A stretch of DNA of 64,000 nt from Hydrolagus affinis (lineage: Eukaryota), in assembly GCA_012026655.1 (NCBI GenBank), contig JAAILG010000866.1:1-64000 (forward strand), in the 5' to 3' direction. Shown here in pieces: positions 37,001 to 49,000 of this stretch; position 1 is the stretch's first letter; each line of letters opens with the position of its first letter. The notes beneath the pieces were generated by a model, which had not been told where the DNA came from, made no database searches, and saw nothing but the letters and a program-made list of their open reading frames with translations. A program made the translations under genes and the position numbers.

Positions 37001-40000
37001 TTGGATTATGAAATAATCCTGATGAGATCTTACTTTTCCCCAATCATTTCTGTTTATACTAGAGGTTGATCATCTGATTTATGGCTTACAGTGTCATTGG
37101 AACTGGCTTTGACATACTATTTCAGATGATCAAATGAGAAACATAAAAAAAGTGAGTTAACAAATATTCAATCGTTAAGCTCCCTTACACAAAGCAGATG
37201 AAAACAAAATTACATTGTGTATTGATGTGGCTCATTTAGTAACGCTCTCGCTTCTGGGTTAGAGGGTTGTGGAATTGAGCCCAATGGGACTTTAGCTCAG
37301 TCTACTCTTGACACTCAATTCCTGAGAATTGCTTTGTTGTCGAAGCACAATTCTTCAAATGAGTCGTTTAACTGAAGTTTAGTGTGTCTGTTCTTCAGAG
37401 GACATTAAAGATCCCAGGACAGGATACAGTTTAAAATGAGATGGGATGTCTAGGTAAAAATCATTCAGATAAATGGACCGTTTGTCTTATGCCTAATTGT
37501 GGCCTCTTACAACTTGCCATGTGTCAAATGACCCATTTTTTGGGTTGTTTGCTAAAAAAAAAGTCACTCCACTAGACAGTAATTATTGTAAAGCACTTTG
37601 AACCATTTTTGGTCTGATTAGTTGCTATAAAATGGAAATTCTTTCTTATGTTGAATAAAGTGAGCATAGCAGAATGTTCCCATAGATATTAAATTGACAA
37701 GACTTTTCAATGAATTTCAAAAAGTCAAATATTATTTGTGGATGAAGGAATGGGTGTAATTTTTAAAAATCTAGCGTTTATATTATTTGTTTTTTTTTCA
37801 AAGGTGAAACACACTTCATGGATCAAGCAGTTGTATCTGTGACCTCGACAACTTTTACTTCAACTTCTGTTAATGAAGCTCTTTCCTCGGTCTCGAGTCC
37901 TACCACAGACAGTGGCATGGAACTTTCTTCCAAGACAACATCAAAGGAAGATCTTAGTGACCTTGACCAACTGAGCTCTGCGGGTGCCACTCCATTGAAT
38001 ACTCCTGGCGAGCGTGGTGAAGACAAAATGGAAGACCCACATGTTCAGCAGGAGTCTCTGGTAAATGCTGCAGCTGGTAGAATTGGTTTTTCCACCTTTT
38101 CAATTTCTTGTGTTAAACTTTTGACTCATTGTATTTTCTTCAATTCTACCTCAAGTATTGCAAACAATTGTGGCTGCCATGTGAACAGTTAAAGGAGGTC
38201 TTGAAATAGGGAATGTTACAGTGAAGGGCAACTAGATTGACAGCTGAAATTAGCCACCTGAATTAGTAGAAGAGGCTGTGAAAGTTAAGATTTTTTTACA
38301 CTAAAAAGCAGAAAGGTCAGAGATGTTAACGGCATATTCATGTTTCTAAGGGGTGTACATGAACTGAAAACAATTAAGGGATATTTGAGATAGTTTTGGT
38401 GTGTTTTTGTTACTTTGAATATGGATAACCAGGTGAAGTGTTTATTGCTTTGTTCACGTCTCGCAATGTTGCCAATACTGGCAACACAGTGGTGCAGAAA
38501 ATGTGAATCTTCTGTAGGCATAGAAACAATGTGATGACAAGCCTGCATTCATCATACATATTTGATATAGGGTTTATGTTTGAATTCAGCTGGATAATAT
38601 TATTGTGTAGAATGATGAAAAGAGTCATAAATTAAATTAATTTGCCCAATGTTAACCCTGATCCAATAATATTATACATTGGCCTGTTATAATTTAAACA
38701 CTTGCCAGCAAATATCCTGAGGCATGAAATTCCATGTAGTCCTAACCTGCGAGACCGTTATGCTTTAAAGTTAAAGATCACATGGATTGTGGAAAATTCC
38801 ATAATTCTGTTTTTATTTGTTATCTTGCTTTCTGCAAGTCCTAAAAAGAACTGGCTTCTGAACTAAGACTGAAGATAGAATTTCCCACAATCCTCTAATT
38901 TTAAAACAAAATAGGCTTAAAAGTTGAAGACGAGGTGGAATTGTAGGTCTGTCACTACTAAAGAACTCTACCATAAGAAGTGAACATCCCACTTTTTAAA
39001 GCAAAGTACAAGGAGTACTGCAGCTGACGTGTAGCTGTTCACTGTATAGGAAAATGGAGACCTGTTATTGAATCCTGATATGGTGTTTTTTAAAGGAATT
39101 ATCACCTACATAGATGAAATATTCTGAAATTTGACTTTGTTGCAGAAGGGTGGAAGAATGGAAAGCTATTTGCCGAAGGAAGAGAAGATTCAATCCACAT
39201 CTATAGAGTCTATTCCAGAAGTTTTAGAAGATCGAGATTCGCTCACTGAAACCTCTGATACTGCATCCATCCATGAAGTACACGACATGGATTATGTTAA
39301 CCCTCGTGGGGTTAGGTTTACACAATCAATACAGAAGGAAGGTATGCATGAGTATTGTTATATAATTTGATAGTGAATACATGAACAATTAAATTGTTGT
39401 CTAAGGTTAATATTCATTGGAATACAAAGAGAAATTTGCAGCATTCAAATGATCAAGATTGCATGTCACAACCTGGCTATTGGGATGGTTGATGTGTTCA
39501 GATGCTATTTTTGTTTCTGTCTTAGTGCATAATAATCATGTGAATGTACCTTTCTATTATAAGTAAGTGGTCGAGATAGGATAACTTGCTGCAGACCATG
39601 CCTCTTAGCTGGCAACCAAAAGTATGCAAGAGTGAAATCTCTGCAACGGTTTTTCTTTCCCATCCATAGTTTGAAGGAAACTGATAAACAAATTGTGTTC
39701 CTTACCACACCAGAAATAACACACTTGTGTTTATGACCTATTTGGTTTAACATGAAACTATTTGTCTTTCAGGTGCAGCCCTGGTTCCATATGGCTTGCC
39801 TTGTATACGCGAGCTGTTTCGTTTTCTTATCTCCCTCACAAATCCACATGACCGTCACAACTCTGAGGTCATGATTCACATGGGTTTACAGCTGCTTACA
39901 ATTGCATTGGAATCAGCACACATTGCCAACTATATGTCATTGCTTGGTCTTGTTAAAGATGAACTTTGTCGGCATCTGTTTCAGGTACCATTTTGACATT

Positions 40001-43000
40001 TCATCAGATGTTTAGGACTTAACCTATTACTACAGGTTACTAAATTTACTGAACAGTATTATAAATGTCTTAAAATAATAACAGGCTTCAATGTGATTTC
40101 TTTTTCAGCTGCTGAGTATAGAACGTCTTAATTTGTATGCTACTTCTCTCAGGCTGTGCTTCCTTTTGTTTGAAAGCATGAGGGAGCATCTTAAGTTCCA
40201 ACTTGAGGTAAGTGGAACATAGATATAAACATGAGATCTGATCTGTCCATTTGTTTATTGAGACCCGCTTCATTTATTGTTCCAATCAAGATCAGAGTGA
40301 GAAGGCATCATAGCAAGATAATCCACCTTCCATAGGCTGCAAATCATCCAGAACTCTGGCCCGTGTTCTCTTCCGCTCCTAGCTCCATGACCCCATCTCC
40401 CCCATTCTTGCCTGACTCCATTGGCTCTCTATTATCTAGAGCATTCAATTCAAGATCCTGGTCCTCACCTTCAGTGCCCTTCATGACCTTACTCCATCCT
40501 ACCTCTGCGACCTCCTAACCCCCTTCCAACGCACCTGCTCCCTGTGCTCACCTCAGCTCGGGTCTGAAACATTGACTGTCCTTGGAATGTCCTCCAGACA
40601 TGAAAGATGCTGTACAAATGTAATTTTGTTCTTCTTGTTTTAAGAGAAAAACCATTGCAAATCCAAATGTGAAACTTGTGTTAATTTACACAGCATATTG
40701 ATGCTTTAAATATCCATATGCTCTATGGACGTTTATGTGCAACAAGAGTTGGTAGTGATGTATGTTTCGTGTGTTGCTGATCAAAATACTCTGATATGCG
40801 GATATATTTGAACTAGCAAATTGCAACTGAAATTGTGATTAAAAGGTCCATTTTTTTTTCCAAGATGTACTTGAAAAAACTAATGGAATTAATAACATCG
40901 GAAAACCCCAAAATGCCATATGAAATGAAGGAAATGGCTTTGGAAGCTCTTGTCCAACTATGGAGAATCCCAAGCTTTGTCACAGAATTGTACATCAATT
41001 TTGATTGTGATTTCTACTGTTGTAATCTTTTTGAAGATCTTACAAAGCTACTTTCCAAGGTATGTTTTGGTAAACAGACTTTGGAGCATACTGAAATCAT
41101 CCTGATAACATATTTTAAAATATATAACTTAAAAATCATAATTTTTAACCTTAATAGTATAATAATGCAAGATTTGAAGCAACAATTGTAATTTATTCCG
41201 GAGGTAACAATATTATGTTATACTTATTGTCCACTGAAGATGTAATCGTAAAAATGCTTTGTCATTGAAATTGTTTCTGACTTATCAACCAAAGTACACT
41301 TTCTTCATTGTTTATGATAACAAGAGCAGGAAATTGCCAGAATATTAGAATGTCAGTGTGTGGAAACATTATCATGATAAGCAGGTAATAGCTGATTCTG
41401 TTTTTATTTAAATCTAGACAGCAGTGCCATCTTCAATATGTCATGCTCAGATGCCAAGTTTACAATCCATAAATATATTTGTTCATTTGCTATTATAAGA
41501 GGATAGCATCCAAGGTCAGGGAATGAAAGTGGGGTGGGGGCAAATGCTGAATTTATAGTTGTTTAGTAGGTTTAACCCCATTTGTTGGTTTTATGTGCAA
41601 GCACATTAACAGATGTTAACAGATGTCTCATTCTTTGCATTCTTGCAGTTCAGCATGACATCATAATAATAATCGTTGCATTTGATATAGTATCTTATCA
41701 CATCTCGAGATGTCTCAGTGTTTTTCAGAGTATTCTGTCAAGTGAACTGACTGTACATTTTGTGAACAAAACGCAGCTGCCAATTACATATAGCAGCGTC
41801 CCACAAACAGTTGTGGATTGACTTTGTGGGATCACTTCAGATATTACATAATTATGACCATCTTGTAATTTAATTGACTGGAATATATGAGTTCTCTGTT
41901 GGTTTATTACTGAGGTTTTCTTTTTACTTCTAGAATGCTTTTCCTGTGTCTGGACAGCTATACACAACCCATTTGTTGTCACTTGAGGCTTTGCTAACAG
42001 TTATTGACAGCACTGAAGCTCATTGCCAGGCAAGAGTTCTCAATAATACTTTACAGCAGGACAAAAAGGATGCAAATAAATCAACAATAGAAATGAATAA
42101 TAGCAAAGACATCACGAATGGTAAGAAGTAGTGAAAATCCTCACCTTTCTTCCTGTGCATGCATGGCTGTCACAGGAATCAACTTCAGTCGTGACTTCTA
42201 TTAATTTTTCTTAACTTACAACATCTGTATCTTTCTAATTCCATTACCTCGTCTTTCTTAGTCTCTTAACATTCGTACTTTAGAATTATACCACAGTTCT
42301 GCCACAGTGTGAGTCATCAGTACACTGTAAACTCACCCTGCTAAACACGTTATAACCAGGTTGCCTTATATTCTCTTTTGGGTTATCGATGAATATAAGG
42401 TTTGAATGAATACAATTAAAGCATTATATTTACGTATTATTTTTGATGAAATTATACTGCTTTGTTTTTGCTTTTCTTAATTCTGCAGTATTTTACTTGC
42501 TGTGTAGGTATTGAAAGATCAGGGTCTAATGGGAGTTTGCCTGTTTTCGATGTGGAAACCTCTGTACCCCATCCACCCACCAGTGGTCACCTTATGGCTC
42601 AAAAAATGAAACTAGGACGACAGGTTGCAGAGCAAAATGAAACTGGTAAAGCTTGCATTCCAGTTCAGAGATTTTCAGACCAGTTTGTGTAATTGTTGAT
42701 AATGGTAGCATTCTAAGTGTCTTCTAACAAACACATGACAATCTTTCAATGTCCTCTATCTCGAGCAAACACTTATGCACTTTTTATTAACAAATTTACT
42801 TATACAGTAATATGAAAGTTGCTTTTAATACAAGGATTGAGTTTCTAAGTTTGCCTTTACAAATGTAAAGTACTTTTTTGTCTTGTACTGAATGAAGATA
42901 TCTGTTTTAAATACTGTGGATGATTTCTAACAGATATGCTTTTCTGCAGTTGAGAAGAAGATTCCAAAGAAACCACCTCGATTTTCTTCTTTTCTACCAA

Positions 43001-46000
43001 GTGCTGAAGAGTTGTCCGAGATTAAGAGCAAGAAGAAGGTAATATACAGTGTTTGATCTATCTGATAAAATTGGCACTTAATCTTTTAAAATCTGTATCC
43101 AAACTGCAATGAGATATGTTGTAAATAGTTAATTGAATAAAAATAATACAGCTCATTATTAATAAGTTGCTTCCCTCTAGGTGTTTTACTGATATTACGT
43201 TGTCTAAAGTACCTGCTTATATAAAACAGTATGATTTCAGAATAAATTATTTCTCTGCTCCCAAAGTTTCTTGTGTAACGCAGATAACACCAGCAAGTAT
43301 TGAATGTCAGAATACCTTGCTATGCTATGAAGCTTGCAGTTTCCTTTACCTCATTGTGATACACCTTGCTTTCTCCTCTCTGATACATTGGAAAAGATTG
43401 AGAGCTTTCTGCATATAATTATGAAGAGGACGAGAATTTTTCAAACAACAATGTTTATTACATTACAGAACACTTCATTCATTAGGTGTACATAACACTG
43501 TGCACAGGTAGACATGGAACAGTTCATATCTGGCAGTGCAGACAAAGCAAAATATTTTACCAAAACATATAATAAATAACTAAATGACTAAACCGATGAA
43601 ACTGAACTAAAATCTACAGTTGAAAAACAAAATGATGTTCAAAAAATTAATGGCTGATATGGAAAGTCATCAAATCATAGCTTCACTTTGTTATTCGATT
43701 GGTTGCTTAGTTATTTATAGTACATATGTTTGGAAACTACTTCTAAATGTAACTGCATGCTCTAACAGATATGAAATGTTCTATGTATATCCATTCACAT
43801 ATCATTAAGTGTACCTAATGGATACATTCATCTGTCCTTGCTTGCTTTCTTTCCTTCTCTCTTGTTTGCTCTCTCTCTCTCTCTCTCTCTCTCTGGTTCT
43901 CTTTCTCTGTCTTTCACTCTCTGACTCTCTCTCTTTCACTCTCTTTGACAAATCCCTTCATGCACTGGCACCTTTCTAACTCCAACCTGCTTACTCCCCA
44001 CTCCACTTCCCATCGCCTCTGTTTGGCTGGCTCTGGCCTCCTGCTTGCTTCTTGCCCCCTCTGTTCCACCTTTCGTGACTGCTACACCCTGAAACTTTGG
44101 AACTCTTTCCCTCAAATCCTTTGCCTTGCCCCATCCTTTTCCAGTTTCACTTCAAACCTAAAAACCTTCCTCTTCAATCGTGCCTATAGTTACCTCCCCC
44201 TCAGGCTCCAGCATTGTTAAGTGCTGCAAATGGATACTCAGTGTGAACATGGTATAAAGTTGTCTTTCTTCCTCTTTCTCTTTTTCCTTCATCCCTCCCT
44301 TAGTGCTGCAAAGTGTTATGAACGAGAACCACAGCTTTTGAGCATTTGAGCAAACTTTTGAACTAAAATTGCAATAGTTTTGTTAACTACAACAAATTGC
44401 GTTTATATAGTGTCCCCATACCCCCATGCAGGGTAGCATCCAAGAGCTCTTCAATGCATCATTGTATAGGAAGCAGTCAACTTTCAAATGACATGTTAAA
44501 ATGTTGTGCTGCAGCTATGTATTAAAAACATACTTCATGAGAAGAAGCACTATTTGCTACTTCGACTGCTTATTACGTGGAGAAGCAACTGGGGGAGAAG
44601 CAATGCCTGGATCAGAAGGTGGAGTCGACAATGAGTTCGTATTCCATCTTCTGATTTATGACGGATGACTGATTTATGACAGATAGTCATAAATAATTTA
44701 ATTTAATCAACAATAATTTAATTTTCATTTCCTCAATCCAACTCCTATCCTTGCGAGTGCCAATTTTGTCACCCTAAGATGATTGTTGATATGCCCAGAA
44801 TCCTTAGGCAGTACTGCTGAGAAGTATGCAAAATCAGTTTAAGTTGTAGTTTCTGATTATTTCAGACATTTCTCCATGGAGAAATGCTTGGCTTGTGCTC
44901 CAGGATGGTATATTACAGTACCTGTAACCAGAACGGCAAGATTGAGTGAACCCAGCACTTCCACTCTGGTACATGAAAATACCATGAAAATCCTTTCATT
45001 TGAGATAACTCTTTATCTTGTTTTTGAAATGTCTTAAAGTACCACTCAAGATTTTACTGTGAAGTAGAGTGACTGTATATTTGTAGTCAAATGTAGCAGA
45101 CAATTTTCACCCACAAATATACAGTCAATTCACTTTACAGTATATTCTGTGAAGCGCTTTGAGACGTCGATAAGATGTGAAAAGCGCTACAGTGGAACCT
45201 CGGTTGGCGACCACCTCAGTGGCGCGACCACCCCGCCTTGGCGACCAGTCAGAGTCAGTCCCGAATATTTCCTAACTCATTTCCAGTTAAATAAACCTCA
45301 CTGACGTGACCCCCCTGGTACCTGGACCGCGAGCACTGATTCGGTGGTTCCCAAACAACATTTTCCTGGTCCTAACGCGACCACTCTGGCCAATCAGGGA
45401 ACAAACAGTTCCCTGATTGGCCAGTGTTGGCCAATATTGGCCAATCAGGGAACAGGGAACAAAAGCACAAAATCTCCAAGAAAAGTTTTTAAACTTCGCG
45501 TCACTCTACTGTGTCATCACTTCTGGGTTGCTAGACAGCTTCCCAATCCTGCCACTAGGGGATTTGCTGCTAAATATGTAGGGTCAGATTAGGATCGCGG
45601 GATCACTCTTCCCCGGCCCTCGATGCGTACAGGGCCGACTCTGCATGGACGGCAGCCAATAGTTAAATCTTCCATCCAGCAGAATTGACACCTCACTAAC
45701 GCGACCACCCCACCAACGCGACCACCTGGTTGTGGTCCCGTGGGTGGTCGCGTTACCGAGGTTCCACTGTATATCAAATGCAAGGATTATATTATTATTA
45801 AAAAAAACTGTCAACTGAATGACAGAATTTTTTCTGGGGATTTGTTGGCTGGGATACTGGAAAAACTTCTCTTCAAATAGTGCTATGGGATCTTGATTAA
45901 CGTCCATTTGAACAGGCAAACAAGACCTTGGTTTGATGTCTCATTTCAAAGACCATACCTCTAGAAGGCAGCATTCTCCAGCACTGCATTTATTTGTCAA

Positions 46001-49000
46001 CCTAAACTGTGAGCTCAAAGTCCGAACGTGGCTCTTCAACCAACAACCTTCTGAGAGGAGAGAAAATTATGAACTGAGCCAGGCTGACATGTAAACAAAG
46101 AACCTGTGCAGGGTTTTTGTTGGTCATGTGAAAAGGCCCAAATTTATGCTTTAATACCTGAGAACATCTCATTCAAACTTAAATAATGATATTTAAAATT
46201 GGCAGGAAAATATTAATTTTTCTTTTTTCTTCAGTTGCTTATTGCAGGAACAGAACAGTTTAATCAGAAACCAAAAAAAGGCATTCAGTTTCTTCAGGAG
46301 AAAGGACTGCTTGCTTCCCCGATGGACAACAATGAAGTAGCTCAGTGGCTCAGAGAAAACCCACGACTGGACAAAAAGATGATTGGAGAGTTTGTCAGTG
46401 ATCGGAAAAATATTGAACTCCTGGACAGTTTTGTTGGGTATGCAAATGTGGTTATAACCTTTTTACAGTACTTTGTTTTTGTATCAATTGTGAATACGAA
46501 CAAGTTTATATAATCTCAAAATTGAACAATCAGTGTTATGATTCCATTTATGTTAACTACAATTGAAATTCAAGGTGGGCTGGCTTTGGTCATCCAGGAA
46601 ATGCCAATTTTGTGCTTACACTGCAGATTACAGCGCATGACGAATGAGGTGGAACCAGGTTATTTTTTTTGAGACCTAGAAGGCGAGTGTTTCAGAGATA
46701 GATGAAAAGGCATTCAGTCTATTTATTTCCTCTGAATATATAACTCATTGATTATGTAAACTGGTCTTTCTTACACCTTAGATGAGCAATCATGTCCATC
46801 ATAATTCTATTGACTCAGATGTCATTGATTGAAGTGATTAATGCTTATGCTTCACATGTTAATTCCCTCATACAGCGAGTTGCTAAGTTCATGGTTTCCT
46901 TTTTGTTTGGCTCTTACAATAATTGAATGCGTGTAAGTTATTACACATAAAAACCATCACTCAACAATGTGTTTGCATGGCAAGGGTGTAGCGAGAAGCT
47001 GAGCTCCACCATTATTATGGACAACTGACATTTCTTCCAGACTGGTGCCACATAGATTATGTTTGTTTTACACTGTATTTTGAATTTTGCTTCATTTTTT
47101 AAATGTAATTATATACATATAGAAGTAAAGTTATTCAATACTGTTAAAACATATCCTAAATGCCAATAATTCATTTCACTTAGCTGTCTGTTGCTTGTAA
47201 GCTGTTCATACAATGTTATTTGGACAAAGGCCTGGAAAACTTTACTTAGTGAGCAGTGGTTTCCAGGCAACTCATGGTTCCCAGCTGGCACTGACATTTC
47301 CTGGCTACAGTGCATCCCAATCAACACCCAAGCTAGTCCTGTATGTCAATATGTTGATTCTCTTTGAAGCTGTTTTCAGACATGCCAATAATTGACATTG
47401 CTGGAGTAGCTGATTGATGTGCAAGGAGATCTGAAATAGTATGCATTGGTGCTGAAAGGCTGGGGAGAAATGGGACAACTCCCACCTACCATGTGGCTGA
47501 AATTCCAGTCTGAGTTATGTGCAGCACCGTTGTTTTAATAATATTCAGAGGAGGGAAGTATTTAATATTGACAATATTTGCCTGTGCAATATCTTTTTTA
47601 TTCTTAGTTCTATTATTGAGATCATAACAAGATTCAGATGTAGCTGCTTATTTTATTCCATATCATATGCCAATACATCTTTTACTGCATATATTAATTA
47701 CTTGTTCTTAAAGGGGAAGAAAAGTTTAAAATGAGCAATTTCTGTTCAACATAATCCCTCCAGATTTGGGGAGAAAGTAGTTTATTTTTTCATTAGGAAT
47801 CCGTGCTATTGTACTGGTTTAGAGAATTCAGTTGGACTCAATGAACCAGAATGTATGTTGCTGCTTGATATGATGTACATAAGCAGAAATGCAGACAAGA
47901 GGGGGCAAAGTACCGGGCAATATTCAAAGAGAGGAATTCTCTCTCCAAGTGAACTATAGATTTTTTTTCTTGCTTCAGACTTCCACCTAAAGGAGATACA
48001 ATGTTGGTGGATATTTAAAAGTCAAGCAGAATTAAAAATGATACAATATTTTCTGACACAACATAATTGTTTGTTTCAACTTTTATATTTTAAATATTTT
48101 CAAATGTTTATACAAGAGAAAGACATTATGATTTGTACGTAACTGCCTAATTAACTGCATTCAGATAATATTCTTTTAATTGTGAAGACATTACCTGAAA
48201 CAGTATTCTGATGTTGCTTTTGAGGAGGCTAACGGTTACTGATTACTAACTACTGCTGATGTTTAAACACACCAGGACTTTTACTTTCCAAGGATTGAGA
48301 GTTGATGAAGCATTACGTTCGTATCTAGAAGCCTTCAGACTTCCTGGTGAAGCTCCTGTCATTCACAGATTGCTGGAAGTCTTTACAGATCACTGGCACG
48401 TATGTACACTGTAAATTCAGAGTTATAAACACTGGACATTTATAATGTGGAGAAAATTGTGCTGGTGGCTTCTTCTGTGCATTGCCAACACTATTGCATA
48501 CTTATCTGTTTCAGTGCTTGCGGAATCCCTACAGATAATTTCCATTCCAAAGAGTAGTGTACCTCTGACCTTTTGGTATTATGTTTTAGTGATTTTTTTC
48601 CCCCTCAGCTAACATTTAGTTGCTTTGTATTTCTTTTGGAAGGAGGAGAATACACGCATGTTATTACTGTTATTGTCTGCATTACTAATACTTAAGTGCA
48701 TTGAAGGTTTAGAAAGTTTGACATTGATACCTGCTTTAGAGATCAGTGGCACTAAGTTTATGCTGCCAGGTTCTAAACCGTTCTGTGCTTGGGTAGAGTT
48801 GAGTTCTTATGCTGCGATCTGCTTAAATATGCATTTTGGGTACAGGAGTCTGGGTGATTAAGGTTTGGGATTTGTAGAGGGAAGTGCCCATTGGTATCAG
48901 CACAATGCAACAGTGTATGTCAGCTATGCCTTGCTATTTAAATTGGAGAGTTGCAGTTTTATAAACTAATTACAGGTAATTAGTCATTTCAATCCTTGAC

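Larger units (their letters stand above)
44988..46090 (-). mobile_element. Old Deu-domain SINE split by nested insertions (tail ~44988-45105; core and head ~45801-46090)
   Basis: The minus-strand tail lies left of the nested elements. The Deu core (cttcaaatagtgctatgggatctt...ggtttgatgtctcatt) and tRNA head (aactgagccaggctgaca) lie to the right. Confidence 0.65.

Noticed and set aside
42489-42949. Upstream alternative acceptors at 42488/42489 and 42933/42934
   Set aside because: They add 19 and 16 nt, breaking the frame; the downstream AGs give the conserved frame
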